DNA of 64,000 bases from Octopus vulgaris (GCA_951406725.2 OX597817.1:34658001-34722000), one strand, 5' to 3'. Shown: positions 1 to 13,751, numbered from the stretch's first letter. Notes: generated by a model from the letters alone, not told the origin. Made by a program: numbers and translations.

Positions 1-115
<115 letters not shown>

Positions 116-785
116 ATATCCGTGCACTGTCATGTGTGCGGTCATGTGTGTGTATGTGTTTTCGAATAGATAATTTACACCAATTTTGTTTAAAGAACAC
201 GTCTTTGATGTCTTCTTTCGATAATGTTTCAATGTATTTAATATTTGGCCGGAAATAGTTATTAAGTTAATAACTCAATCCACGTCGTCAATTATATTTT
301 GAAGATCACTATTTTATGAATGCGTGCATGCATGAAAATTGTGTTTATCTACGAATGAGTTTATATGTAATATGCGTGTTTATCTCTTTTACGCTTCTAC
401 TGATTTTAGTCATTGGACTTCGGTCATGCTGAGACACAACCTTCCTATATTAATGTATTAACATCTTGTATTGTAAAATATTATTTCTTTCGGTGTGGTT
501 GTTAGAACACAGACGGGCATACATATATCTGTGTGTGTGTTTGATAAATCTACATATATGTGTGTGTATGTGTGTGTGTATGCATGCACAAATGCGCGCG
601 CGATGTGCGTGTATGTCTGTGTGTCTGTGTGCGTGTCATTATTCAGTTTTATTTCAAGGTTTCTTACCAATAGAGAAAGAGCCGGTTTCTAACCTAGATC
701 CAAGGCTCCTTCATTGGAATTTCAACATCAACAACAGGGTATTTTTGTTTGTTTTCATGTATGTGTGTATATATTTATATATGTA

Positions 786-1179
786 CTAGCAGTATCGCCC
801 GTCGTTGCTCGGGTTTGTAAGGGAAATAATTATATAAGCATTTTAGAGAGTTATAGCCAAAAAATAGCAAAAAAAATGCATTAAAAATGGAAAAGAAATT
901 ATGGTAAATTTTTTTTTAAATCGTTGACACATCGTAGACATTTTTAGAGAGTTACTTCCCTTATATAATAGCAAAAAAATGCATTAAAATGGAAAAAAAT
1001 GATGGTAAATTTTTTTTAATCGTAGACTCATCGTAGACGCGCGCTAATACCCAGAAGGGCTTGATATGAATCACAACTATAAGATACCCGGTTTTGGTTA
1101 AACTGCACCGCAAAATGTGGGAGTAGTTAGGAATCTAAATCGTAGGAGACAGACACACAACCTCTCTTTTATATATATG
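786..1179 (-). mobile_element. Non-autonomous Helitron
   Basis: The minus strand starts with a degenerate TC-TATATATAAAAG and ends CCCGAGCAACGACGGG (GC hairpin), about 9 nt, then CTAG followed by T. Internal ~100-bp tandem duplication at about 838-1038. No TSD. Confidence 0.7.
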
Positions 1180-1504
1180 TATATGTGCTGTGTATGTATG
1201 TATATGTGTAACCCTGTTGAGCTGTTGTTTTCGTTCTGTTCATCGGTTGTGGTGTTGGTGGTGTTATGTCCAGCCATGTTGTTTGTAGTAACTCTACGCA
1301 TGCTAAATTGAAGTTTCAGTCGAAAATCATTACGATCGTGAATAAAAGGCCCCCTCAATTAATTTATCAGAAGATTAACCAGTTATTTAACAAGGCTGAT
1401 GGTTAAGGTTCCAAAGTTAGAGATAGTATTCACCATATTCTCGATAAATAGTTTCCCACGCCAAATACGCGACTTGACGCTTCGAGTTCATATGCATACA
1501 TGCA

Positions 1505-1590
1505 TGTATGTACGTATGTATGTATGTATGTATGTATGTATGTATGTATGTATGTATGTATGTATGTATGTATGTATGCAAGTATGTATG

Positions 1591-1621
<31 letters not shown>

Positions 1622-1740
1622 GTATGTATGTATGTATGTATGTATGTATGTATGTATGTATGTATGTATGTATGTATGTATGTATGCAAGTATGTATGTA
1701 TGCATGTATGTATGTATGCATGTATGTATGTATGTATGTA
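1505..1740. repeat. (TATG)n tetranucleotide microsatellite
   Basis: Direct reading; source of the MYVC/HTYI ORFs. Confidence 0.97.
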
Positions 1741-3059
1741 TTGAAAAAAGTACTCACTGTGCCATATAAGAGCAAAATAGAGCAAGTTCATATACACAAA
1801 ACGGAGAAGAATGTCAGTCTAGCCAACAACTAGAGAGAATCTGTAATTCAAGGCAAAGCCTTTGAGGTGGAGACGAGGGGATTTATGAGATTTGGGGACA
1901 AATTTGACTCTGGTTTCATGAAATGACTCTGAATTTCTGGGGAAAACGGAACCATAGTACTAAAGACAATGTCAGAAACAAACGAAAAAAGTTCCAAGGG
2001 CACGTTGTTCCAGTTTTGTTTACAAAAGAGATTCAATGAAAGAATATGTAAATTGCGTTCAATTAGTGTACGATGCACTGTAGAATGTACATATGCAATG
2101 TTTGAAATACATATTATACATGTATATTGTAAATATGTATGTTTTAGTACATGAAAAATGTAAAATATTTTATGCAGAAACTAAATTAACTAAAGGAAGG
2201 AAACACATGCAGTGAACGTATATTGAATAAATTTTTTATAATGTAATGTATGTGTATTATTTATCTCAGTAACTTTTCTTGAGAGGCTTTATGTGTTAAA
2301 AATGCAGCTTACTAAGGATGACATCAGCGAACTGTCAGACACCGGTGTTTCAGCTTGATTTAGCCATCTCAGTATATATGCATATATATATAAGCATAAT
2401 TTGTCCGTGGAATTTGTAACCATTGTTGGGGTTCCATTCAGTCAGAGATAAGCAGAAGTAATATGAGCACACTTAATTTTTCTGCAAAATCAGTTTTATT
2501 AATGCATAGTCGACTTAATCCTCTTTTATCGAAGATCAATTGTTTTGCTATGATGTGATATGCTTAGCTTGAATTATGACATTATGTGATACCTGCTTTA
2601 TTTATATGAAGTGCCTCCAATATCCCGAATCAATCTATGCAATGCTCGAGTTTACTTTTCCATTTTTATTGTCTTCAGCAAAAATTAATCGAGTTTGCAA
2701 CAGCCATTTGGTCTCGTAGCAATAAAAATGGTCAGCAATTATGCCAGAATATGAAGTCGTTGCAAACAAGAAGTATCCACGGTAGCAATTCTGGTAAAAA
2801 CCAACGCACATATTTCAAGCATGACTGGCTTCAGTTTAGACAATACGATAAATAGAAAATGCTTTCCAGCTTTTTACTCAACATCCATTACAATATGGTT
2901 CTTTAGCTATCATTATGTGTATATGTGCGTGCGTGAGTGTGTGCTTGCATGTGCGCGCACACACACACATACACTATATTTATGTATGTATTATGTATGC
3001 ATGTACGTATGTATATATGTGTATATATATATATGATGTGTGTGCGTGTGTGTGTATGC

Positions 3060-3094
<35 letters not shown>

Positions 3095-3230
3095 TATAAA
3101 CATACAGACACTTATATTCATTCATACCTATATACGGACTCATACATTCAGTCATACCTTTATACAGACACACACATACACATACATGCATACATACGTA
3201 CATACATACATACATACATACATACATACA

Positions 3231-3262
<32 letters not shown>

Positions 3263-3448
3263 ATTACATCCGTACATGCATACTTACAAATATGTACATT
3301 CAGAAGATGAGACCGTGAATGTCTAGAAAGATTGACAGACGCTGTTGTTCCAAAGTAAACGTAAAAGAGTTATAAGGAAATATAAAAATCATTTACAGGA
3401 AGATTAAACCAAAATACTTTCATATTTTTAATATAACATATTCGACAT

Positions 3449-3672
3449 AAGGTGGCGAAGTGGCAGAATCATTACCATGCCGGACAAATTATTTTGCGTC
3501 ACTTCTTGCGTTCTGAGTTTAGATTTCGCCGGGTTCGACTTTGCATTCCCGTTCTTTCGAAGTCGATAAAATAAGTACCAGTCAAGCACTGGGGGAGGGG
3601 GGAGGGGTCGATGTAATTGACTTACCCTCTCACCCGAAATTGCTGGCTTTGTGCCAAAATTTGAAACCAATA
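3449..3672 (+). mobile_element. tRNA-derived SINE, family A (decayed)
   Basis: AGGTGGCGAAGTGGCAGAATC head, GTTCGACTTTGC...GTCGATAAAATAAGTACCAG central domain and GTGCCAAAATTTGAAACCAAT tail, shared with many copies in the window. Confidence 0.8.
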
Positions 3673-3726
3673 TATCATGCCCAAAAGAAAAACTGTCCCG
3701 CATATGAATATCAGTATATGTATGTG

Positions 3727-3866
3727 TTTTCTTTCTGTGGAGGAGCGTTGGCTCGAAACGTTAACGACTTTTTCACTTCCCGAGCGTTATACTAACACAT
3801 CTGTTTCTTGTCTATACCACCTGTCTTCGTCTTTTGTTTTTTTTTTTGTGTGAATTCTCCCTAAAT
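3727..3866 (+). mobile_element. Short Penelope-like/retrozyme-type element with CUGUGGA hammerhead-like fold
   Basis: Matches 46090-46226 and the reverse complement of about 35005-35130. Contains CTTT-CTGTGGA-G-GAGC-gttg-GCTC-GAAA-CGTT-AACG. Confidence 0.6.
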
Positions 3867-3941
3867 AAATGTGCGTGTGTGTGTATGTGTGCGTGTGTGT
3901 GTATGTGTCTGTGTGTGTATGTATGTATGTATGTATGTATG

Positions 3942-3991
<50 letters not shown>

Positions 3992-4069
3992 TAAAAGAAA
4001 TAAAACATATGCATATATATAAACATATATGTACGTACCTACCTCTACATGTACATATACACGCATATA

Positions 4070-4590
4070 TGAGTACAGGACACCAAAGGGACGTCGAACA
4101 CATAGAGAAACGAAAACATAGACACAAACCAAAGGAACAGGACATTTTTTTAAAAACAACAAAAAATGGAGTGCAGGACAGTTAACACAACGAAAAAACC
4201 CCTTCTTCAGTCGCTAAGGTTTCATCTACTCTACGTTTCGAAGGATAAAAGCGAGACGTATCTTCGACAAGAAACTTTCCTTCCTGCAAAAAGCAAATCA
4301 ATTAAAATTCTGAGATCTTTTCGCAGAGGGGTAAAAAATGGTAAAAAAACGAGACAGTAACGACAGTACAAAAATATAAACAGTAAAAAAAAAATATATA
4401 TATAACAGTAAAAGACAGGACAGGGAGAACAAGATAAGAAGGGCTGTTGACGCCGAACGAAAAAAGTATTGCAAACGCTAATGTTTGGTGAACGACGAGA
4501 GAGCAGGAAAAAGTCGTCCAGTAGCTTTAAAAGGCGGGCGAGAAAGACCGTTAGCAGTTACGGCGGAAGTATCGTCGCAGATGGACGACG
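4070..4590 (-). mobile_element. Interspersed repeat, probably Penelope-like remnant
   Basis: GAGTACAGGAC start and A-rich body shared with 7500-7680. Degenerate TTGTCGA...GAAACGTAGAG on the minus strand at about 4225-4270. Bounded by TA-rich tracts. Confidence 0.4.
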
Positions 4591-4606
4591 ATATATATAT
4601 ATATAT

Positions 4607-4804
4607 GACCTCGTGTGTACCGTTGGCGATTTTTTTTCCTCTGTCTTCCCTTCTCTGGATCTTTCCTTCTCCTATGTTTCTGACGAAGAGCTCCGCTCGA
4701 AACGTTAAACCCTCCTTCTTCCCTTCTTTCCTGAGCGTCCAATAATACTATATTTGTTCCACGTCCTCGCGTTGTTGTGTTTTTTTGTGTTTTCTTGTTT
4801 GCAT

Positions 4805-4809
<5 letters not shown>
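4607..4809 (+). mobile_element. ~200-bp hammerhead-carrying element inserted in (TA)n
   Basis: Pyrimidine-rich 200-bp unit bracketed by TA tracts; contains the hammerhead fold at 4676-4710. Confidence 0.65.
4676..4710 (+). ncRNA. Minimal type I hammerhead ribozyme (intact core)
   Basis: GTTT-CTGACGA-A-GAGC-tcc-GCTC-GAAA-CG-T-T-AAAC: stem I GTTT/AAAC, stem II GAGC/GCTC, palindromic ACGT stem III, predicted GUU cleavage triplet. Confidence 0.7.
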
Positions 4810-4887
<78 letters not shown>

Positions 4888-5492
4888 GGTTTTTGTGGAA
4901 AATATTGTAATGTTTCAATTCGCCTCAAAGAAGAGCAAAGTAGTAATTCATCTGAAATCCATTTTATTGTAAATTGTAACAATACATTAAGTATTCAATG
5001 AAGCTTCCATCTCTTCTCTCGTATTCAACATGACGTTTTAAATCATACACAACATTATAGTCATCAGCATCTATAATTATCTCAAAGACAACATTTTCAT
5101 GCTTCATATGGTTGATGTTTCAGTTAGTGTAGATGATAGTGATGATGGTGTTCTCAATTTTTCTTTCTAAGATTTTCCTTGGGCTGTAAAACACACATCG
5201 TAATAAAGAAACTGGTGAGAAATGAGCCCCAAATCATGAAGGGTTTCTCTTTGAAGGGTTCTTCTTAAGACTTGAGAATTTACGCAGAAAAACTATAAAT
5301 GCTAGTTTAATTCGGAATGAAACCAAAGGGAAACGGAATCAAATAAAATAAATATCTATTAGACAAGAATGGAAGTTTATACAAGTTTACTGTAAGTCTG
5401 CATACATATGTAAAATTGCATTGAATGTCTGTTAAATTTATGTGAACATTTGTAAAAGAAAACTTTCGATTTTCATAATCCCGAGTTCTGTA

Positions 5493-5504
5493 TCACACAC
5501 ACAC

Positions 5505-5562
<58 letters not shown>

Positions 5563-5943
5563 GACACACACACATTATATACAATTATACACAAATATAC
5601 GCACATACACATATATACACACATGGAAAGCAACAGATATAGATACACACACACTCACACACATACACACATATATATATATATATACATAATATACATA
5701 CATGTATATATATACATATATATATATGTATATATATATACATATATATGTATATATATATATACATCATATATTTATATTTGTACATATTTATACATAT
5801 AAAAGTATGTATATGTATATATTTATATGTATATATATACATATATATGTATATACATATAAATGTATCTATCAATGTATAGACATATATAAATTATATA
5901 TATATATATATATGTGCATATACATACATACACACACACACAT

Positions 5944-5991
<48 letters not shown>

Positions 5992-6057
5992 ATATATATA
6001 TATACATATATATGTATATATATATACATATACATATCTATACATGTATATATATAT

Positions 6058-6097
<40 letters not shown>

Positions 6098-6345
6098 TAT
6101 ATGCATATATAGATATACACATAAATACATATATATACATGCATGCACACACATACATATGTATATATATATACTTATAGAGAGAGAGAGAAAGAGAGAG
6201 GGAGAGAATGTTTGCATCACTATACCTATAAATATACACACACATGTACAAAGATTATCCACGTGTATAGAATGTATGTGTGTATGTATGTATGTATGTA
6301 TGTATGTATGTATGTATGTATGTATGTATGTATGTATGTATGTAT
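5493..6345. repeat. Compound (CA)n/(TA)n/(GA)n/(TATG)n microsatellite
   Basis: Direct reading. Confidence 0.95.
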
Positions 6346-6744
6346 ACAACCTCATCTAATGAGTAGGTCACAAATTCCAGTCAACTATATATCATCTTCA
6401 ACAACCACGTGAATAGTCAATATGGTGTGTCAGATGTTTGGAATGAGACATCACAAGAGATAAATAAATAAATAAATAAATAAATGAATAAATAAATAAA
6501 TAAAAATTGAAATAACGCTTAAATAGAAAAAGGGGGAAAGCGTTATGCGATGATTGATGAAAACTAGAGTTTAGGAAACAGCCTTAACCTGGCTTTCAGT
6601 TCCGTCACATTGCGGAGAACTCCGTTGGATGTCGGAGGAAAAGGCTGTGCATAGGTTTCCTTATATCCTCTGATACGATAAGATCTCAGAGCAGCAAAAC
6701 CAGAAGGTTTACAGTTTGTGGGTTTGTTTATCTTTCATACATTT

Positions 6745-6978
6745 ATCTTCTATTTGTTTCAGCCATTAGTCTACGGCCATGCTGGGGCACTCTTAAAGAA
6801 TTTTAATCCAATGAATCGACACCAGTCGATTCATTATATTTGTTGTAAAGCCTGGTACTCATTCTGTCCGTCTCTTTTGCTGAACCGCTAAGTCATGGGG
6901 ACGTAAACATACCAACATCGCTTGTCAAACGGTGGTGGGGACAAGCACAGACACAAAGACACACACACACACACACAT
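6745..6978 (-). mobile_element. CORE-type SINE family B, 3' portion
   Basis: GGCCATGCTGGGGCAC and GAACCGCTAAGTCATGGGGACGTAAAC blocks shared with 11455-11660, 50305-50765 and 57626-58018. Confidence 0.75.
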
Positions 6979-7064
6979 ACTTGGAAATGGATGCGTGACG
7001 TTCAATCATATAATAATATAAATAATATATATATATGCATATATACATACATACATATACGTAC

Positions 7065-7108
<44 letters not shown>

Positions 7109-7431
7109 TGCCCCAGCATGGCCACAGCTCATTAGCTGAAACTGGAAAAATCAATCATATATATATAACAATATAGGGTGAAGTTAATTAATTTGGAATA
7201 ATCATTAATTTCACCAAGTAGATTTCGGCATGTAAAAGCCCCATTCAAGGAAGGTTTAAGTAATACTAAGTAATTAAGGGTTTAGCAACAATTTGCCTCA
7301 CCACACACCGAATTTAGAAATAGCAGTCAAAGAGTTATGGCTATTCTTTCTACTTAAAAGGGAGATCCCAGTAAAACCACAGCACCTAAAAGGCAAACAA
7401 CGCAGGTAAAAGAGAAAGAAATGACGACAAT

Positions 7432-7494
<63 letters not shown>

Positions 7495-7685
7495 TACATG
7501 AGTACAGGACGTCACAAAACGTAAATAACATGAAATACGAAATACGGAAATATAGAATACGAACTTTTTTTTGCGAACAACAGAAGAAACAAATGGAAAA
7601 ATAAGACAATTAACATAAAGACCATTCATCAGTTGCCAGCTGTTTTTTTACTCCACGTTTCGAGCAATTACACGACGGGAATCAT

Positions 7686-7833
7686 TCAGTTTCCGTCCAC
7701 CAAATCCACTCACAGGGCTTTGATCGTATGGAGGTTATTATAGAAGACACTTGTCCAAGGTCCCACGCAGTGGGACTAAACCCCAAACCATGTGACTGGG
7801 AAGCGAACTTCTTACCATACACCCACGCCTGCA
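7686..7833 (-). mobile_element. CORE-type SINE family B, 5' portion
   Basis: TAGAAGACACTTGTCCAAGGTCCCACGCAGTGGGACT (reverse complement of the CORE-like domain) plus tRNA-like head. Confidence 0.75.
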
Positions 7834-8216
7834 CCTCACCTGCATTTGTGCAACGTATTGAATTATAAACACCGTCCAACATCTTTGCTGAGGGTGGAGA
7901 GCCAGTTTTGTAAATATTAGGATTCAGCGAATATACACATTTGTGTGTGTGTGTGTGTGTGTGTGTTTATCCACATTTAAGACATGCATGTTTGCATGTA
8001 TTGTGTGTTCCGAAGCCTGAACAATGAACAAGAAGTGCATTTACGCATAACCGTAGACGTAAATGTAAATTATACTTCCATATGTATATATAAATATTAA
8101 AATATAATGCTGTTGCTTTACCGAATACTGTATTTTTTTAGAATTTACTCTTGCAGCATTCCTGCTAATAATGCATCTTAATTTCTTTCAGGCATTTAAG
8201 TATCAACCTTTATAAC

Positions 8217-8282
<66 letters not shown>

Positions 8283-8366
8283 TATACACACACACACACA
8301 TATATATATATAGATAGATATAGATATACATACATACATATATACATACATACATACATACATACA

Positions 8367-8399
<33 letters not shown>

Positions 8400-8408
8400 T
8401 CATATATA

Positions 8409-9575
8409 TGAGGTCTGATCAATAAATATCCGGACTGTTGTCATAATAACGAAGCTAAAGCACACAGAGTGAAGTCGCTTGGGAAAGATTGACCTTGAAT
8501 TCTGCTGTCCGTGTGCATTAGGTTTTAACGTTCTAGCTCACTTCTACTGTTTATAGAAGTGCTTGGAAGAAAGCGTATGATCGTCGTTTTGACCATGACA
8601 GAGAAAGTTGTCATGTCGACACCGCCTGAGAGATCGAAGCAAAGTTGCAGAAAGGGTATGGGGAGGAATGCATGAGCTGCACACAAGTGTACAAGGGGTT
8701 CAGACGTTTCCAGCATGGCCAAAAAAATGTCGATATTGATGAACCTTCTGGGAGACCCGCAATCAGCAGCATTGAGAAAAACATCGCAGATGTGCGTATA
8801 GCTGTGAAGAGGATCGACGAATCACCATGCGTGAGTTATCAGAGGATGTGTCGATTTGTTACGGTTCAGTTCAGTCCATTATCATTGAAGATTTGGATAT
8901 GAGACGCGTGTCTGCCAAGTTTGTACAAAAACCGCTTTCAGCTTGTGGGATGACGTCAGCAGTTGGGGAGCTGACCGGAACTTGGGGCTGACCGGAAGGG
9001 GCAGCCGTAATGCGCGCGCAGCGAGCGGGGCATTCTGCCTTTTCGAGTCAGGTCGTCGAGGGGTTAAGACGGGTGATCACGCTGTTAAGGTTGGGTGAAG
9101 CTGCTGCTATCTCTAGCGTTCGGGTCGGGCTGTGTCGAAGGATCCGTTACCGCTGAAGGGTCTCCATCAGAGCGAAGGAAGGTAGGTGCCTTTATTTCGA
9201 GTCTCTCGCACACACCACACAGCTGACCTAAAAAGATACTCGGGTTTCAGTTGCACGAGATTTCTTTGAGTGTGTCGAGAACGATGAAAACTTTTGAAAA
9301 CTTTGCGCAGACCTTTGAGCAGATATCGCCAAGCTTTTGGCAAAACTTTATATAGATTCTCTACTCAACTTTCTCTGACATGATCAATGCTACGATCACA
9401 TGCTTCACACCTTCCTACCAAGCACTGATGTAAACAGGGCAAGTGAGCTAGAACGTTGAAACGTAGTGCGCGTGCACAGCAGAGTTCAAGGTCATTCTTT
9501 GGCAAGCGGCTTCACTCTGCGTGCTTTAGCTTCGTTACTATGGCAACAGTCCGGATACTTATTGATCAGACCTTG
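8409..9575 (+). mobile_element. Non-autonomous mariner derivative with long inverted ends
   Basis: TA-flanked TGAGGTCTGATCAATAAATATCCGGACTG ... CAGTCCGGATACTTATTGATCAGACCTTG. Remnant N-terminal transposase (DEPSGRP, RRVSAKFVQK). About 9301-9575 is an inverted copy of the left end. Same family as 58777-59644. Confidence 0.9.
8944..9219. mobile_element. Solo LTR nested in the mariner
   Basis: TGTGG...CCACA termini, 5-bp TSD CAGCT (8939-8943 and 9220-9224), 276 bp, GC/CpG-rich. Confidence 0.85.
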
Positions 9576-10694
9576 TATGCGTATATGTTTGTATTTGTGT
9601 ATTTGTATATGTGCATATGTATTTATAGAGAGGGAGTAGGAGGTAGTAAAGCGGGCGAAAGGAAGAGGGTGGGGGAGAGAAATGGGGAGAGCAATGTGTG
9701 CTTAAGAACAGATAGTAAACTCTAGACATGCTTACACCTGTTATGACTTCATTTCCTTGATATAACTCGCTTTCGAGTCAACTCTACCGCTAATACCATT
9801 GTCAAAGGCATGAACATCGCAACGTCACATTTCTAATACGATTCTATAAATCGTTTCATGAATCCAGGCACGAAATCAATAATTCTGTGATTCAGAGTAC
9901 ATTTATGCTGGTGTGTGCACCTATCTATGCGCTTGTATTTCTGAACGCGGTTTATTGCTTTCGTTAATGTTTTGTGTGAATACGTGAGTGCATGGCTGTG
10001 AGTGCATGACTGTGAGTGCATGAAAGTGTGTGTGCGTGCGTGCTTGTGTATGGATGTTTTCGTGTGTGTGTGTGTGTATTAATGTTTTGCGTGCATTTTT
10101 TATGTTTGTCATCGTTTAACCTCTATGAAAATAACAAGGCAGCCACAAGGAGGTGGTGCTTTGGGTTCACTTGGCACGACCTATGGCATCATACCCTGCT
10201 TAGAATTCATCGCAGCCTTCTCCTCATTCTTCACCTTCCTGCTCTCACACCCGCTATCTATTTCTTTCCTTTCTCCCCCCTCTCTCTCTCTTTCCCCTTC
10301 TCTCTCTTCCTCTCCCTCTCTATGTATCTATCTATCTGTCTCATTAGTTAGTTATCTTACTTTTCCTCTTATGGTGGACATTTATGTTTATAATCTCGAG
10401 TGGGGAGAGAAAGTACTCGATACTTGAAATAGAGTATGCATCCCTTTTTAGAAACTGAGGCTGCTTGAATCGCACATCTTAGTTTTTTGAATCCTGTTGT
10501 TGAAACAAGTGCGGTCTCGTGCTGATGTATATTTCACCAGATTCCTCCACGTCTAGTTCTTAATGTCATCAATTCATTTTCGTCTTTGTCTTCTGAGAGC
10601 CCGTTTTCTCTTCACCAAGTCCTCGAGGGTGTCGGTATAGAGGCTCTGAGAACTGAAAATATGGCCAAAATATTATAGTTATCGTCATCTGATA

Positions 10695-10729
<35 letters not shown>

Positions 10730-10753
10730 GTATATATATATATATATGTATGC

Positions 10754-10790
<37 letters not shown>

Positions 10791-11191
10791 GAGATAGATA
10801 GAGAGAGAGAGATAGATAGGTACATACATAATACATACATAAATGCACACACCTACACATACGCATATACATACATAAATACATTATATATATGTGTGTG
10901 TGCGTGTGTATATATATATATACATACATATATATATATATCATCATTCTCTTGTGCTGTCTTATATTCCTCCCCACCACTACAAACTCAATAACACTAT
11001 AAAATGGTCAAAACTTTTCACACAGGAACTTAGATTGATTTGAAAACCCCACTAGAATGGGAGAAAGCGCAAATATATGATCTAAGTTATATGATGTATA
11101 AAAACATGTAATATACAAATAAATATCTGCAAAAATAAAACCATCCGAATTTCTGAGTACCTCATTTCTTCTAATATATATATATATATAT

Positions 11192-11423
11192 AAGACGGCG
11201 AGCTGGCAGAAACGTTAGCGCGCCGGGCGAAATGCTCAGCGGTATTTCGTCTGTCGCTACGTTCTGAGTTCAAATTCCGCCGAGGTTGACTTTGCCTTTC
11301 ATCCTTTCGGGGTCGATAAATAAAGTACCAGTTTCGCACTGGGGTCGATGTAATCGACTTAATCCCTTTGTCTGTCCTTGTTTGTCCTCTCTATGTTTAG
11401 CCCCTTGTGGGTAGTAAAGAAAT
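11192..11423 (+). mobile_element. tRNA-derived SINE family A, monomer
   Basis: GGCGAGCTGGCAGAAACGTTAGC head, GAGTTCAAATTCC B-box-like motif, central domain, GGGTAGTAAAGAAATA tail. Confidence 0.92.
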
Positions 11424-11454
11424 ATATATATATATATATACATTTTTTACTCTA

Positions 11455-11660
11455 TTTTATTCTTTTACTTGTTTCAGTCATTTGACTGCAGCCATGCTAG
11501 GACAACGCATTTAGTGGAGCAAATCGACCGTAGGACTTCTTTGTTGCCTCGTATTTATACTATCGGTCTCTTATGTCGAACCGCTAAGCTACGAGGACGT
11601 AAACACACCAGCATCGGTAGTCAAGCGATGTTGGGGGGACAAATACATACACACACACTT
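11455..11660 (-). mobile_element. CORE-type SINE family B, 3' portion
   Basis: TTTCAGTCATTTGACTGCAGCCATGCT and GAACCGCTAAG blocks. Confidence 0.75.
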
Positions 11661-11693
11661 ACACATACATATATATATGCATATACATATATG

Positions 11694-11789
<96 letters not shown>

Positions 11790-12214
11790 TTTATGTGTGT
11801 GTATGTGTGTATTTATAAATATATGATAATACTTCGTGACTCAGAGTTTTTGTATCCATTGTACTGGATGGGTACGCATACATGTGTGTTGCGTGTGTGT
11901 ATGTGTATGGGGTGGGTGCCAACATGCGCAACTATGTATGTATGCGGGTATTGCCCTGCATCCTGATAGTGTCTTCTCTGAATATCTTTCGTTTTCTTTG
12001 TATATTTTGAATTTTCTATGTCGTCTCCTTTTTCTTCTCATCTTTCATTGCCGTTTTGTCCTTTACATCTCTCTCATGCTTTCTTTCTTTTACTTCTTAA
12101 TCGGTTGCCTTTCTCTCTCTACTTGTCCAATCGCACATACATCTCTCTCCCTCTCTCACTCTCTCCCTTACTCTTCTTTCTTCCTTGCATATGTGTGAAC
12201 GTGTGTATGTGTGT

Positions 12215-12271
12215 GTATATACATACTATACACACACACATATGTACATACATATATACACACACACATAC

Positions 12272-12304
<33 letters not shown>

Positions 12305-12357
12305 CACATATATACATGTATATACATATATACATGCATACGTGTATATATATACGT

Positions 12358-12391
<34 letters not shown>

Positions 12392-12561
12392 CTATATGTA
12401 TATATATATACATATATATGTATATATATACATATACATATATATATATACATATATAATATATATATATATACTTATATATACATATATGTGTGTATAT
12501 ATGCATGTATATATATATATACACACATATATACACATATATATGTATATGTATATGGATA

Positions 12562-12612
<51 letters not shown>

Positions 12613-12672
12613 ATACGTATATATACATATACATACACACACAAACACACACGTGTGTGTGTGTGTGTGTGT
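12215..12672. repeat. Degenerate (TA)/(CA)/(TG) microsatellite
   Basis: Direct reading; flanked by CT-rich low-complexity sequence. Confidence 0.93.
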
Positions 12673-13356
12673 GTTTCACTATCTTATATTTCCCCTTTCC
12701 CTCCCTCGAACTTATCTTTCTCGTCTCCTTATCCTATAGTTTTTCATGCCTATTTCTTTGGTTTGATTTCTTTTTCTGCTCTCCCTTATCATCTCTCTTT
12801 CTAGAGATTTTCTCCATCGATCTTTCTCTTCCACTGTTTCCGCTACTCCTTTCTACTTATTTGCTTTCCAGTTTCTCTCTCTGTGTTCTCTCCGACCTCT
12901 CTCTCTCCCTCTTTCTCTCTCCATTTCTTTCATTGTTCCTTCTTTTCTCCCCTCCATTTCGTTTTCATCATTTCTCTTATTTTCTTTCTTTTTCTTGTTT
13001 TTTTTTTGTTAATCTTCCTCTCCTTCATCAATAAAATCTGTGGATTTATGCGTGTATTATCCTATGTATTATCTGCGGATCAATATCTACGTATTATCTA
13101 TATAATGATCAAATCAAGAGTGTGATGTGGATGTATATAGCTGAATGTAGTGCTTAGCATGCTTTTGTATTAAACGCTTTCTATGTAGCATGACTGAAGA
13201 TGGCGCCCTGTATGTGATGTCTTTAAGCGTAGTTACATGTTTTTTCTGTATGAAGCTTCATGTAACACTATGGGATGCTTTGTAATCGTTTCTGAATGCG
13301 GTGCATGTGGATTGCATATGATTGTATATATCGTATATGGTGTGAGCTATATAGAA

Positions 13357-13587
13357 AGGCGGTGAGCTGGCAGAAACGTTAGCACGCCGGGCGAAATGCG
13401 TAGCCGTATTTCGTCTGCCGTTACGTTCTGGGTTCAAATTCCGCCGAGGTCGACTTTGCCTTTCATCCTTTCGGGGTCGATAAATTAAGTACCAGTTACG
13501 CACTGGAGTCGATATAATCGACTTAATCCGTTTTTCTGTCCTTGTTTGTCCCCACTGTGCTTAGCCCCTTGTGGGTAGTAAAGACAT
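13357..13587 (+). mobile_element. tRNA-derived SINE family A, monomer
   Basis: Full head, central domain and tail; TATATAGAAAG direct repeat on both sides. Confidence 0.92.
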
Positions 13588-13751
13588 ATATATAGAAAGC
13601 CTGGTACGTAGCTATATATGGTGCATTTTATGTGTGTATCTATGTGGTACTACGTACGTGTTACTGCTTATGGTATCATGTTTATCATTGATACTGTCGT
13701 TATTGCTGTCTTGACCCGGGTCAACCCTGGTTGTGCAGACCTATACTCAAA

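Noticed and set aside
5100-5200. Possible minus-strand terminal exon after TGTGTTTTACAG
   Set aside because: Only an acceptor-like site and at most 20 codons; insufficient evidence.
7212-7255. Minus-strand TTGAATG-GGGC...GCC-GAAA hammerhead-like string (also remnants near 4225-4270 and 7650-7670)
   Set aside because: Cores or stems are too degraded or truncated to call a fold.
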